From Terriglobales bacterium (GTDB taxonomy: Bacteria > Acidobacteriota > Terriglobia > Terriglobales > Acidobacteriaceae): 64,000 nucleotides of DNA. The notes under the pieces are model-generated. The model was not told the origin of the DNA and searched no databases. It was given only the letters and a program-made list of their open reading frames with translations. Shown piece after piece: positions 1-9,231 of this stretch (position 1 is the stretch's first letter; each line of letters starts with the position of its first letter). The stretch covers positions 128,577-192,576 of the forward strand of contig JBJMGD010000011.1 of NCBI GenBank assembly GCA_045808065.1, in the 5' to 3' direction. The position numbers and the translations under genes are program-made.

Positions 1-119
1 ACGCCTTCAACTGCGATGCCGACCGCACGAAACGGCAGAAGCAACAACCAGACAATGGGATACAACAGCAGGGCTAGCAGAGCGATCGGCCAGCAGAGCA
101 CAAAAAGCAGGCACCACAT
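1..119 (-). CDS. Partial ORF (first 39 codons, continues past the window edge): small hydrophobic membrane protein of unknown function
   Basis: The minus-strand ATG at 119-117 reads MWCLLFVLCWPIALLALLLYPIVWLLLLPFRAVGIAVEG with no stop down to position 3. It is missing from the ORF track because it is truncated. It lies directly downstream of truB on the same strand. Confidence 0.3.
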   Translation of the reverse strand, partial: MWCLLFVLCWPIALLALLLYPIVWLLLLPFRAVGIAVEG

Positions 120-250
120 GATGAACGTCAGCAAGGTGGAATCCTCTGAAGGACCATACGACGCAGAAGCCGGTCAAGTTCCTGAAGCCTTAAGGCGCGC
201 ATCACATCTTGCCCCCTTCGGCGGACCCCACCAAGTTCACAGAATACCCG

Positions 251-1195
251 TTATCGGACGTTGGCTGTATGGCCTCTGGATATGCCCGTTCGATCGCCCG
301 CGCTCTTGAGCACCACCCTTGGCTGGAAAAGAGTCCCAGCTATCCGGGTCGCAACCGCTATGAGCTCATCCTGGCCGAAGAATACCTTCACCTGATTCAC
401 TCCAGTGAACTCCGGCAAATTGACCGGCCGACCGTTAGCAATTAGCCCGACCGTCTGCTCATTTACTGTCACTGACGGCAAATGCGGCAGAATGCGCCTT
501 GGATGCAGCGAAGCTTCCTGGACCACTTGCTCGAAGTCGTGACCCTGTCGATCCTTGATGTCTGTGAGTCGCTCTAAGGTCGTCGCCTGCGCCAGTGTGA
601 ATTCACCCGATGCTGTCCGGCGCAGCTCTGCAACATGTGCGCCAATGCCGAGCTTTTGGCCGAGATCGTGCGCCAAAGAGCGAATGTAGGTGCCGGCGCC
701 CACCTCAGCGATAAAGCTGGCTCGATCGTTTTCGAGTTGCTGAATCTCAAATCGATGCACGTTGACCAGCACGCGCTTAAGTTGGACCTCATGCTTCTTC
801 CGTGCCAACTTGTAGGCTGGCACTCCGGCGATCTTCTTGGCGGAGAATTTGGGCGGCCGCTGCTCAATTTCGCCCACAAATTCGCATGCTGCTCGACGTA
901 TCCCTTCAAGTGACACTTTAAGTGTCTGGGAGCACTCAGTGGCTTCTCCGTCCGCATCGTACGTATCCGTGGCGAACCCAAAGCGGATTACTCCTTCGTA
1001 GGTCTTGTTCGCCGCGTTAAAGAATTGCGCCAGGCGTGTATATCGCCCCGTAAGGAGCGGCAGAACCCCGGTGGCGGAGGGATCAAGGGTGCCTAAGTGA
1101 CCTACGGAACGTTCTCCCAGCAGACGGCGCACGCGCGCAACTACGTCATGCGACGTGATTCCAGCCGGTTTGTCGATTACGAGAACGGCGTCCAT
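251..1195 (-). CDS. truB: tRNA pseudouridine(55) synthase TruB
   Basis: 314-aa ORF. The N-terminus VLVIDKPAGITSHDVV...GHLGTLDPSATGVLPLL carries the TruB catalytic Asp motif, and there is a C-terminal PUA-like tail. Confidence 0.9.
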   Translation of the reverse strand: MDAVLVIDKPAGITSHDVVARVRRLLGERSVGHLGTLDPSATGVLPLLTGRYTRLAQFFNAANKTYEGVIRFGFATDTYDADGEATECSQTLKVSLEGIRRAACEFVGEIEQRPPKFSAKKIAGVPAYKLARKKHEVQLKRVLVNVHRFEIQQLENDRASFIAEVGAGTYIRSLAHDLGQKLGIGAHVAELRRTASGEFTLAQATTLERLTDIKDRQGHDFEQVVQEASLHPRRILPHLPSVTVNEQTVGLIANGRPVNLPEFTGVNQVKVFFGQDELIAVATRIAGTLFQPRVVLKSAGDRTGISRGHTANVR

Positions 1196-1268
1196 GGAGG
1201 TTTGTTATCGTGGTTCTCTTAGCAGACTTGCCACGGGCGACGCGTCAGCCACAGCACGATAGCTCTTC

Positions 1269-1982
1269 ATGATACCCATTCGCGACGACACGCCGAGGTA
1301 CACGACGCCGTACGTCAACTACCTTCTCATTGCTCTGAACACACTAGTCTTCCTGTTTGAAGTGTCACTCAATGCTGAGACGCGACAAGTGTTCGTTTAT
1401 CAATTCGGAGTGGAGCCAGTTCGGGTGCTTAGCGCGTTGGGGCTTGCGCACGTATATGCTCCACACCCTTCGATCATGCCGCTGCTGACGTCGATGTTCC
1501 TGCATGCGTCCTGGCTGCACTTGATCGGAAATATGTGGGCTCTTTGGATCTTCGGCGACAACATCGAAGACTATCTGGGCCATTTTTCCTATTTAATTTT
1601 TTACCTGGTCAGCGGTTTAGCCGCCTCGCTGCTGCACGTCGTGATAAACGCTAATTCCACAGTTCCCAGTGTGGGCGCAAGCGGTGCCATCGCCGGAGTG
1701 ATGGGCGCATATTTTCTCCTGTTCCCTTCTGCGCGTGTGCTCACTTTGGTTCCGTTAATCATCTTTTTCACTTTTATATGGCTGCCGGCATGGATCGTGC
1801 TTGGTTATTGGTTTGTCCTGCAGTTCCTGAGTGGCGCAGCGACGTCTATTGCCTATTCAAGTCGGACCGGAGGCGGCGGAGGCATAGCCTTTTGGGCTCA
1901 CGTCGGTGGATTTGCGGCTGGTTTGATCATGATCAAGCTGCTACCACAACGTTTGCGGCAACGTTCCAGGTACACCTACTGA
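1269..1982 (+). CDS. Rhomboid family intramembrane serine protease
   Basis: 237-aa polytopic ORF. It has WLHLIGNMWALWIFG (the H..N region), the catalytic Ser motif GASGAIAGVMGAY and a downstream AHVGGF His. Confidence 0.9.
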   Translation: MIPIRDDTPRYTTPYVNYLLIALNTLVFLFEVSLNAETRQVFVYQFGVEPVRVLSALGLAHVYAPHPSIMPLLTSMFLHASWLHLIGNMWALWIFGDNIEDYLGHFSYLIFYLVSGLAASLLHVVINANSTVPSVGASGAIAGVMGAYFLLFPSARVLTLVPLIIFFTFIWLPAWIVLGYWFVLQFLSGAATSIAYSSRTGGGGGIAFWAHVGGFAAGLIMIKLLPQRLRQRSRYTY

Positions 1983-1999
1983 AGACGTTGTTGAGTTGC

Positions 2000-2719
2000 C
2001 TACAGGGTACCTGCTGCCGGTCCCATGCGGATCTCGTCGATTGACGTGTTCTGCGGCATGGCAAGCGCGAGAACTACGGCGCGGGCGACATCCGGGGACG
2101 ACATCATCTTGTCGCGTGGAGCCTCCGGCCAGAACTGCTGCCAGATGTCCGTATCCACTGCTCCCGGTATGAGCGCAAGGACGCGAATTCCCTGCCCGCG
2201 CAACTCCTCACGGATGGTATTAGTCAGGGCCAACGCGCCAGCCTTTGATGCGCTGTACGCGGACATCCCAGCAAATGGCTGATGTGCTGCGACGGAAAGA
2301 TTGTTGACGATTACGCCGCCGGCCTTCATGAGCGGGATCGCCGAGTGGCAGCAGAGGAATGTTCCGATAAGGTTCACGTTGATCACGCGACGGAATTCTT
2401 CAGTGGAGAGTTGATCGACGTTGGCCAATGCGTGTGCTGCTCCAGCATTGTTTACGAGGAAGTCGAGCGTACCGAAGCGCTCGCCCACGGCCTGAAAGAA
2501 ATCGCGAACCTGATCGGCGTTGGAGATGTCGCAGCACTTTGCGGATAGCGAAAAGCCTTCGCTCTTTAGCTGTGCGACCGCGCTCTCGAGCACCAGCGGA
2601 TCACGTCCTCCGATGACTACTCTGCAGCCATTCGCCGCCAACTCGCGGGCGATTCCCAATCCGATACCAGGGCTTCCGCCGGTTACGACGGCCGTCTTGC
2701 CCGCCAGCTCTTTATTCAT
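2000..2719 (-). CDS. Classical short-chain dehydrogenase/reductase (SDR), substrate unknown
   Basis: 239 aa. Motifs are TGGSPGIGLGIA (Rossmann), NNAG and the catalytic YSASK. Confidence 0.85.
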   Translation of the reverse strand: MNKELAGKTAVVTGGSPGIGLGIARELAANGCRVVIGGRDPLVLESAVAQLKSEGFSLSAKCCDISNADQVRDFFQAVGERFGTLDFLVNNAGAAHALANVDQLSTEEFRRVINVNLIGTFLCCHSAIPLMKAGGVIVNNLSVAAHQPFAGMSAYSASKAGALALTNTIREELRGQGIRVLALIPGAVDTDIWQQFWPEAPRDKMMSSPDVARAVVLALAMPQNTSIDEIRMGPAAGTL

Positions 2720-2744
2720 GCAATGGACACTAAATCAAAGACGT

Positions 2745-2885
2745 ATTCACCACGAAGGCACGGAGGACACGGAGAAAATTCAGGATAGAAATCAGTACGT
2801 CATCTCTCGTGATCGATCGTTAGCGAGCGAAGTTTCCATTGATGCAGAACGCATGCTCCGTGCTCTCCGTGTCTCCGTGGTGAAT
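2745..2885. repeat. REP/MITE-like inverted-repeat element of the CACGGAG family (copy 1)
   Basis: The left arm ATTCACCACGAAGGCACGGAGGACACGGAGAAAA (2745-2778) is the near reverse complement of the right arm GCTCCGTGCTCTCCGTGTCTCCGTGGTGAAT (2855-2885). The element is intergenic, between the SDR gene and folE. A second family member lies at 4967-5133. Confidence 0.75.
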
Positions 2886-2890
2886 AGATT

Positions 2891-3544
2891 TTAGAAGCCG
2901 TTTGGTTTCCCGGAGCGGATGAGCGATAGAAACTCCTCCCGGGTCTGCTGCTCCTCGCGGAAGGCTCCGAGCATCGATGAAGTCACAGTAGCCGAATGCT
3001 GCTTTTCGACTCCGCGCATCATCATGCAAAGGTGTCGAGCTTCAATCACAACTCCAACACCCAGAGGTTCGATGGCTTGCTGGACCGCGTCCGCAATCTG
3101 TTTGGTGAGCCGCTCTTGCACCTGGAGCCGTCGCGCGAAAGTGTCAACGAGGCGTGGGATCTTGCTCAATCCGATGACTTTGCCCTTCGGTAGATAGGCG
3201 ACATGGACCTTGCCGAAGAATGGAAGCATGTGATGTTCGCACAGACTGAACATCTCGATGTCTTTGACGATTACCATTTCATCGTAATCGACTTCGAACA
3301 GAGCACCGTGTAGAAGTTGAGCCGGATCCTCCTGATATCCACGGGTCAGGAATTGGATTGCTTTCGCCATGCGCTCTGGCGTCCGCTTCAGGCCGTCGCG
3401 CTCGGGATCCTCACCGATGTTCTCGATAACCTCCAGATACGCTTTCTCCAGAGCCGCTTCAGTCTTATCCACTTCTGGCCTCAAAGGTTTTGGCATCGAC
3501 ATCACACGTTTTGCTGCTGCGCCTTTCACTCGATCTCCCTTCAT
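2891..3544 (-). CDS. folE: GTP cyclohydrolase I (type 1, FolE)
   Basis: 217 aa with the FolE signatures [29 protein letters not shown] and [14 protein letters not shown]. The true start may be an internal Met (M15 or M17). Confidence 0.95.
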   Translation of the reverse strand: MKGDRVKGAAAKRVMSMPKPLRPEVDKTEAALEKAYLEVIENIGEDPERDGLKRTPERMAKAIQFLTRGYQEDPAQLLHGALFEVDYDEMVIVKDIEMFSLCEHHMLPFFGKVHVAYLPKGKVIGLSKIPRLVDTFARRLQVQERLTKQIADAVQQAIEPLGVGVVIEARHLCMMMRGVEKQHSATVTSSMLGAFREEQQTREEFLSLIRSGKPNGF

Positions 3545-3562
3545 ACCTGCGCTGTTGGGGAA

Positions 3563-3988
3563 CTACCGCTGTCCCAGTTCGCGTCCTCCCGCGTACTCGA
3601 AGGAATTCAGCATGGTCTCTTCGATTCGCACTGTCTCTACGGTTGCGAGTTGAAACTCGTTACGAAACAGATGAAACAGCTCGCGGGAAAGATTCTCAGT
3701 TGTGGGCACCACATTTCGGAATGCGTCCAGCTCGTTGAGATTGCTGAATTCAAACCGGGGCATCACAACACGCTGAACGAAACCGTCGAGGTCGGCGAGG
3801 TTGCAAACCATTCCGGTTTCCGGATCAGGATGCCCACTTACCGTGACCTCTACTTTGTAATTGTGTCCATGGCCATGCGGGTTGTTGCATTTGCCGTAAA
3901 GCTCCAGGTTTCGTTCGGCGCTGAACTGGGGCGAGTGGAGCCGGTGCGAAGCCGAAAACTTATACCGCCGTGTGAGATGGGCCTTCAT
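3563..3988 (-). CDS. 6-pyruvoyl-tetrahydropterin synthase / QueD family, paralog 2 (the Asp-His dyad is not conserved)
   Basis: 141 aa. It has FSASH and the YGKCNNPHGHGHNYKVEVTV Zn/Cys motif of animal-type PTPS. The LDH(K/R)xLN segment reads FEFSNLN. Its start overlaps the stop of paralog 1 by 4 nt. Confidence 0.9.
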   Translation of the reverse strand: MKAHLTRRYKFSASHRLHSPQFSAERNLELYGKCNNPHGHGHNYKVEVTVSGHPDPETGMVCNLADLDGFVQRVVMPRFEFSNLNELDAFRNVVPTTENLSRELFHLFRNEFQLATVETVRIEETMLNSFEYAGGRELGQR

Positions 3989-4395
3989 GCTTCCCCATAT
4001 ACGTCTACGAAGAGATCGTCGGTTTCATAAACGCGAACGCGATGAAGCTTTGCACCATTAAACTTTCCAGCCAGGCGATTCCAAATTGCTATTGCCAGGT
4101 TTTCCGTAGTGGGAATTTTGTCGCGAAATTCCGGCACTTCTTTGTTCAGGTGACGATGGTCAAGTCCGTCAATCACCTCGCGATTCATGATGTCCTTGAG
4201 CTGCTTCAGGTCCATCACGAAGCCCGAGCGATCGTCCACATTGCCGGCAACCGTCACTTCGAGGGTGTAATTATGCCCGTGCCCGTGAGGGTTATTGCAT
4301 TTACCGAAGATGCGTTGGTTCTCTTCGCCAGAAAGTTTTGGATTGTGGTAAAAGTGCGAGGCCGCAAACTCAGCCTTTCGCGTCAGATACACCAT
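3985..4395 (-). CDS. 6-pyruvoyl-tetrahydropterin synthase / QueD family, paralog 1 (full catalytic set)
   Basis: 136 aa. It has FAASH, FGKCNNPHGHGHNYTLEVTV, GLDHRHLN and VRVYETDD, a close match to the motif pattern of eukaryote-type PTPS. Confidence 0.9.
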   Translation of the reverse strand: MVYLTRKAEFAASHFYHNPKLSGEENQRIFGKCNNPHGHGHNYTLEVTVAGNVDDRSGFVMDLKQLKDIMNREVIDGLDHRHLNKEVPEFRDKIPTTENLAIAIWNRLAGKFNGAKLHRVRVYETDDLFVDVYGEA

Positions 4396-4440
4396 GCTTG
4401 TGCCTTGAGTTCGTGTCGAATAGCTTTATTATACGTAGCT

Positions 4441-4959
4441 GTGAGCAGTACTCCCTTATCCATCAGAGTCGCCAGAGTCGTCTTCGTTGCAGTTTTTCTT
4501 GCGTTGTGCGGCTGTGACCGCGGTGCCCGGCCCGAATTGGTCGGCCGTTCGGCGCCCGACTTTACCGTCTCCGACTCGTCGCGAACCGTTTCTCTCCATG
4601 ACTACAAAGGCAAAGTGGTCGTACTCAATTTCTGGGCAAGTTGGTGCGCTCCTTGCATCGAGGAGCTGCCCTCACTGATTGAGATGCAGCACGATTTGGG
4701 AAACAAAGTGACGGTGCTGGCAGTGGCCACTGATAACGATCCCGAGGCCTACAAACGATTCATTCGTGATAACAAAGTAGACTTGATCACCGTGAACGAT
4801 CGGGCGCAGAAGAGTAGCGACCGATACGGCACCTGGGGCTGGCCGGAGACATACATCATCGATCGCAAGGGAGTTGTTCGCCGCAAATTCATCGGACCGG
4901 TGGAATGGACGAACCCGACGATTGTCTCGTACTTGGAAAAGCTGCGGACGGAATCGTGA
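4441..4959 (+). CDS. TlpA/ResA-like periplasmic thiol:disulfide oxidoreductase (redoxin), probably a lipoprotein
   Basis: It has the thioredoxin-fold motif NFWASWCAPC and a signal/lipobox-like VVFVAVFLALCGC. The 305-aa ORF in the track (from 4042) runs antisense through the PTPS gene, so the in-frame GTG at 4441 was chosen as the start. Confidence 0.8.
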   Translation: MSSTPLSIRVARVVFVAVFLALCGCDRGARPELVGRSAPDFTVSDSSRTVSLHDYKGKVVVLNFWASWCAPCIEELPSLIEMQHDLGNKVTVLAVATDNDPEAYKRFIRDNKVDLITVNDRAQKSSDRYGTWGWPETYIIDRKGVVRRKFIGPVEWTNPTIVSYLEKLRTES

Positions 4960-4966
4960 AAAGCCT

Positions 4967-5133
4967 TTGAACCACGGAGGCAGGGAGACACGGAGAACAG
5001 CCTGGAAGAATTGTGGGGCGCGTTTCTTCTCCCCGACATGTTGAATCCACTCTTCTCGCCCCCAGGTTGGATCCACTCTGATTCGTTCGTTCCTGCCCTG
5101 CCTTTCTCCGTGACTCCGTGCCTCAGTGGCGAA
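4967..5133. repeat. REP/MITE-like inverted-repeat element of the CACGGAG family (copy 2), a likely bidirectional terminator
   Basis: The left arm is TTGAACCACGGAGGCAGGGAGACACGGAGAACAG (4967-5000). The right arm CCTGCCCTGCCTTTCTCCGTGACTCCGTGCCTCAGTGGCGAA (5092-5133) has the reverse complement TTCGCCACTGAGGCACGGAGTCACGGAGAAAGGCAGGG. The element sits between the convergent tlpA-like gene and copA. Confidence 0.75.
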
Positions 5134-5141
5134 CCTGGTCG

Positions 5142-7646
5142 TTACAGTTTCAAGTTCCGCAATCGCAGCGAATTGCTGATTACCGAAACAGAACTCAAGC
5201 TCATGGCTGCTGCTGCAAAGACCGGATTCAACGTCATGTGGAAGATGGGATACAGGGCCCCCGCTGCAAGCGGAATTCCAGCCGCGTTGTACACAAAGGC
5301 GAAGAACAAGTTCTGCCGGATGTTGCGCATTACGCCTTTGCTTAATCGACGCGCACGCATGATGCCTCGCAGATCGCCTTTGAGCAGCGCCATGTCTCCA
5401 CTCTCGAGCGCAACGTCGGTGCCAGATCCCATCGCGATACCCACATCGGCTTGGGCCAATGCGGGAGCATCGTTCACTCCGTCACCGGCCATCGCCACGC
5501 GTTTGCCAGCGGCTTGAAGTTCCTGAATCATCTGCGCCTTGCGGACGGGTAAGACTGCGGCTTCTACCTGCTTAATGCCGAGTTGCCGAGCCACGGCCAG
5601 GGCAGTAACGCTGTTGTCTCCTGTCGCCATTACTACATCGATCCCATCTACCCGGAGTTGTCTAAGCGCTTCCGCACTTGACCCCCGAATTGGGTCTGCC
5701 ACAGCGATCACTGCTGCGAGCGTGTTGTCGAACGCGGCAAATAGCACGGTTTTTGCCTCGCCGCGTAGAGCCTCTGTCTGATGTTGTGCAGCGCCTATAT
5801 CGGCGACTACATCCCGCATCTGCTCTGCATTTCCGACGCTAACGCGGTGGGCCGTTTCCTTGCTGGTCACCTGCGCAGCAATTCCCTTTCCTGGCATCGA
5901 TTCAAAGTCTGTAACCGGCAGCAGAGTCAATCCGCGGCGTTGCGCCATACGAACAATGGAGCTGGCGATGGGATGCTCGCTATGAGACTCAACGCTCGCA
6001 ATCGACTGAAGCACCTGTTCCTCGGTGAAGCCGTTGAAAGTTTTTACGTCCGTGACTTCCGGCTTCCCTTCCGTCAATGTCCCCGTTTTGTCGATCACGA
6101 GCGTATTGATCTTCTCCATGGATTCGAGGGCGCGAGCGTCGCGCACCAGGACACCATGGCGGGCGCCCTGTCCGGTGCCGACCATGATGGCCATCGGAGT
6201 TGCCAGTCCCAGGGCGCAGGGGCACGCGATGATCAACACGGCCACTGCGCTTACCATCGCATGCGCGAGACGCGGCTCAGGGCCGAAGAAAAACCAGCCA
6301 AGGAATGCAGCAATTGCGCAGGAGATCACGACGGGCACAAAAATCGCAGCAACGCGATCGGCGAGTCGCTGGATAGGCGCACGGCTGCGTTGCGCTGTAG
6401 CCACCATGGCGACGATTTGCGCGAGCAGAGTTTCGCTGCCAACGCGTTCAGCCGCCATGAGGAACGAGCCCGTTCCGTTCAGGGTTCCTGCAATCAGTTT
6501 GTCGCCCGCTTCCTTGAGAACTGGCAGGGATTCACCCGTGACCATTGACTCATCAACACTGCTCTTCCCTTCCTCCACTCGACCATCCACGGGAATCTTT
6601 TCGCCCGGGCGGATGCGCAAACGATCGCCGATAACGATCTGTTCTACGGGAACGTCGCCTTCGCCGCCATCGCTTCCGACTCGCCGTGCCGTCTTGGGAG
6701 TCAGGTCGAGTAATGCGCGAATAGCACTGCTGGTCTGCTTGCGGGCCTGTAGTTCCATGACTTGACCAAGCAGGACCAGGACGACGATTGCGGCACTGAC
6801 TTCGAAGTAAATGTCAGGGTGTCCCGCGCCTTTTGCGGACTGGGGTAAAACATTCGGCGGTAGCAGAATGACAACCAGGCTATACAGAAAGGCGACGCCG
6901 GTGCCCATCGCGATCAACGTGAACATGTTGAGGTTGCGTGTGCGCAGCGAGTTCCATCCGCGTTGAAAGAACGGAGCGCCTCCCCAAAGCACTACAGGTG
7001 CAGCCAACGCCAGTTGGAGCCACGCTGATGCACGCGAAATGTCAAATTCGTGCAGCCATCCTCCTGCCATCATGCCTCCCATGGTGATGGCGAGCAGCGG
7101 AACAGTAAGCGCAACTCCGATCCAGAAACGGAGGCGCATGCTTTTTAATTCGTGATCATCTTCTTCTGGAGCTCCAGCTGACGTGAGCCGAGGTTCCAGC
7201 GCCATGCCGCACTTTGGGCATGCTCCCGGATGGTCCGACACAACTTCGGGATGCATGGGGCAGAAGTATTCAGTCGTCGTGCCGGTGAGAAGGTCGGGTT
7301 CCAACGCCATTCCGCATTTGGGACACGACTCAGGCTTGCTTGAGGTCACTTCTGGATCCATCGGGCAGAAATATTTGGCTGTGGGCTGGTTCGCGACGCT
7401 TTTTGCAGCTGGCTGCGCCCGCATTTCCGCAGACGATTTGGGCGGCCTTTGCCCTAACTGCACCAGGCCAATGCCCTTCGAGGGAGACAAATAGGAATCG
7501 GGATTGGCGGCAAACTTCTGCGCACAGTGATTGCAGCAGAATAAATACCGCTTACCTCGATGGTCGCGGGTTGCCGCCGCATGCGCTGGATCGACGTTCA
7601 TGCCGCAGACAGGATCCACGACCGCGCTTTGCTCTCTGTCGCTCAT
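5142..7646 (-). CDS. copA: Copper-translocating P1B-type ATPase
   Basis: 834 aa. Motifs are the CPC transmembrane motif ([11 protein letters not shown]), the DKTGTLT phosphorylation site, TGE (MVTGES) and the GDGVNDAP hinge. The N-terminus has a YHS/TRASH-like module (VCGMNV...[10 protein letters not shown]) and two YFCPMxPEV...[10 protein letters not shown] modules instead of MxCxxC HMA domains. Confidence 0.95.
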   Translation of the reverse strand: MSDREQSAVVDPVCGMNVDPAHAAATRDHRGKRYLFCCNHCAQKFAANPDSYLSPSKGIGLVQLGQRPPKSSAEMRAQPAAKSVANQPTAKYFCPMDPEVTSSKPESCPKCGMALEPDLLTGTTTEYFCPMHPEVVSDHPGACPKCGMALEPRLTSAGAPEEDDHELKSMRLRFWIGVALTVPLLAITMGGMMAGGWLHEFDISRASAWLQLALAAPVVLWGGAPFFQRGWNSLRTRNLNMFTLIAMGTGVAFLYSLVVILLPPNVLPQSAKGAGHPDIYFEVSAAIVVLVLLGQVMELQARKQTSSAIRALLDLTPKTARRVGSDGGEGDVPVEQIVIGDRLRIRPGEKIPVDGRVEEGKSSVDESMVTGESLPVLKEAGDKLIAGTLNGTGSFLMAAERVGSETLLAQIVAMVATAQRSRAPIQRLADRVAAIFVPVVISCAIAAFLGWFFFGPEPRLAHAMVSAVAVLIIACPCALGLATPMAIMVGTGQGARHGVLVRDARALESMEKINTLVIDKTGTLTEGKPEVTDVKTFNGFTEEQVLQSIASVESHSEHPIASSIVRMAQRRGLTLLPVTDFESMPGKGIAAQVTSKETAHRVSVGNAEQMRDVVADIGAAQHQTEALRGEAKTVLFAAFDNTLAAVIAVADPIRGSSAEALRQLRVDGIDVVMATGDNSVTALAVARQLGIKQVEAAVLPVRKAQMIQELQAAGKRVAMAGDGVNDAPALAQADVGIAMGSGTDVALESGDMALLKGDLRGIMRARRLSKGVMRNIRQNLFFAFVYNAAGIPLAAGALYPIFHMTLNPVFAAAAMSLSSVSVISNSLRLRNLKL

Positions 7647-7656
7647 GACTGCATGC

Positions 7657-7971
7657 TCACCGAGAATGCCTGTAGAACAGCTCGGTCAACTGTTCGTAAG
7701 TACGGTGCGCCTTTCGATCATCACCTGACCGCAGCGCTTCCATCGCGCAGTGTTGAAGATGACTGCGCAAGAGCAGGCGTTCGATAGAACGCAAAGATGC
7801 GTGCACAGCGGACATCTGCTCGAGGATGTCCGGACAATATCGTTCGTCCTCGACCATTTTCTGCAAGCCGCGAACCTGTCCTTCGACCCGACGCAGCCTC
7901 ACCTGAAGGTCCTTCTTCGCAGCCGAATCGAGGGCGATTGCATGCGCGGATTCTCTAGCCAGCCGCTTCAT
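7657..7971 (-). CDS. csoR: CsoR/RcnR-family metal-sensing transcriptional repressor
   Basis: It has the [35 protein letters not shown]...HLQHC pattern, with the x-C-H-C ligand positions of Cu(I) CsoR. The start was set at ATG 7971 (MKRLARE), preceded by GGGAGG. The gene lies 10 nt upstream of copA. Confidence 0.85.
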   Translation of the reverse strand: MKRLARESAHAIALDSAAKKDLQVRLRRVEGQVRGLQKMVEDERYCPDILEQMSAVHASLRSIERLLLRSHLQHCAMEALRSGDDRKAHRTYEQLTELFYRHSR

Positions 7972-7993
7972 TGGCAACACCTCCCAGAGAATC

Positions 7994-8374
7994 TCACTTT
8001 CCCGCCAGGTACTCGTATTGCGCATCGCTGAGTGGCACTACGCTGAGTCTTCCCTGTCTGACGAGTGGCGAATCCGCAAATAACTTCTGCTGTTTGATCT
8101 CCGATAACGATTTTGGCTGGCTAATACTGCTTCCTGGCTTGATATGAACGCGCGGATTCTTCGCGTCTGCCGTGTCTACGGAGACAACCGATGCGGTCCC
8201 CACAACTCGCTTCTCGTCGCCAGTGTGATAAATCAGCAGCCGGTCACCAGTCTTCATATTGCGAAGGTTCTTGAGAGCAACCGGATTGGTAACGCCATCC
8301 CATATGGTCGCTTTCTCCCGTTGCAAGTCAGCAAACGAGTACGCGCCAGGTTCCGTCTTGAGCAGATAGTCCAT
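7994..8374 (-). CDS. EVE (PUA-like, DUF55) domain protein
   Basis: 126 aa. MDYLLKTEPGAYSFADLQREKATIWDGVTNPVALKNLRNMKTGDRLLIYHTGDEKRVVGTASVVS is the typical EVE-domain pattern. It is the first gene downstream of the operator/promoter at 8406-8433. Confidence 0.8.
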   Translation of the reverse strand: MDYLLKTEPGAYSFADLQREKATIWDGVTNPVALKNLRNMKTGDRLLIYHTGDEKRVVGTASVVSVDTADAKNPRVHIKPGSSISQPKSLSEIKQQKLFADSPLVRQGRLSVVPLSDAQYEYLAGK

Positions 8375-8405
8375 TTTCGTGTCCCCCCACTATCCCTCAG
8401 TGTAC

Positions 8406-8433
8406 GTTATACCCCTACGGGGTATGCAGGCAA
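8406..8433 (-). promoter_or_regulatory. Candidate sigma-70 promoter overlapped by a CsoR-type operator palindrome
   Basis: The perfect 7-3-7 palindrome ATACCCCTACGGGGTAT lies at 8409-8425. Read on the minus strand, the region is TTGCCT (-35, 8433-8428), a 16-nt spacer and TATAAC (-10, 8411-8406). The site is 35 nt upstream of the EVE-csoR-copA gene string. Confidence 0.6.
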
Positions 8434-8625
8434 GCGGCGGCAAGGATGCGTCAAGCTGCTCCGCGATCTCTGGGACAGAGAGTTGGAAGCGTCCCCACAG
8501 GGAGAGAGTTTGAGATATTTATTTGGCTTCCTTTGTTCGCGTGGTGCCCCGGCGCCGCCGCCGGCCGACGCAGACCTTCAAAATCTTTGGTGATACTCTT
8601 TCTCTTGAGGCAAGGACATACCTGC

Positions 8626-8853
8626 ATGACACAGCTTGACGTCGCTTTTCGTTACGGCACGCCGCCCGGAGAGAACGAGTTGCGCGCATTGACCTATGCG
8701 CGTGAGGTTTATGGCATAAGGAAGATTGAGTTCGATGAGGAGCAGAACACTGTACGCGTCGAGTATGACGCCACGCGGCTCAATGACGACAGCGTCGCGG
8801 CCATCTTGAGGCGGGCGGGAATGGATTTGCGGGAAAAAGTGGCCTTGGTTTAG
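8626..8853 (+). CDS. Small hypothetical protein (75 aa) with an HMA-like profile but no Cys
   Basis: The internal ATG at 8626 of ORF 8446..8853 gives MTQLDVAFRYG...TVRVEYDATRLNDDSVAAILRRAGMDL. The C-terminal half resembles the second half of a heavy-metal-associated fold, but there is no CxxC. It is divergent from the CsoR-type operator. Confidence 0.45.
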   Translation: MTQLDVAFRYGTPPGENELRALTYAREVYGIRKIEFDEEQNTVRVEYDATRLNDDSVAAILRRAGMDLREKVALV

Positions 8854-9231
8854 CCTCCCTGCTAAACTGCACGGTCGCGCCTGAGTTGCCCCTAAATGCA
8901 ACGAGACGCTCAAGAGATCCTCTGGCCGAGTAAGTCTCATGAGCGTCCCAGTTGCGCGCCACTTCGTCTGTTATTGGATATAGCATCCCCCTTGCCATCT
9001 TGGGGTCCACTCAAAATGCAGGACTTATCGAGCCGCTCAGACTCCGGGCTGGTAAAGTTTTCTGCGTCTCGAAGCCGCGCCGTGTAGGTTTTTCTCGGAG
9101 ACTGCTCCGAAAGCGTTGCACATGCTAACCTGTGCAAATTTTTGATGCACATGGATGGCATTCCCGATCGGCTCGGCAGCCAGAACTCGGGCCTACTGCA
9201 CTCGCGAACCCAGAGAAGAGCCCGATCCTGA

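Noticed and set aside
4042-4440. The N-terminal 133 codons of the 305-aa ORF 4042..4959.
   Set aside because: This part runs antisense through the PTPS paralog-1 gene and has no protein-like features. The thioredoxin-fold protein begins sensibly at GTG 4441 with a signal/lipobox sequence. Similar track-derived 5' extensions were trimmed for nuoF (14806), nuoM (22900), nuoJ (19963), the AAA+ gene (41831), the CDGSH gene (45097), csoR (8025) and others.
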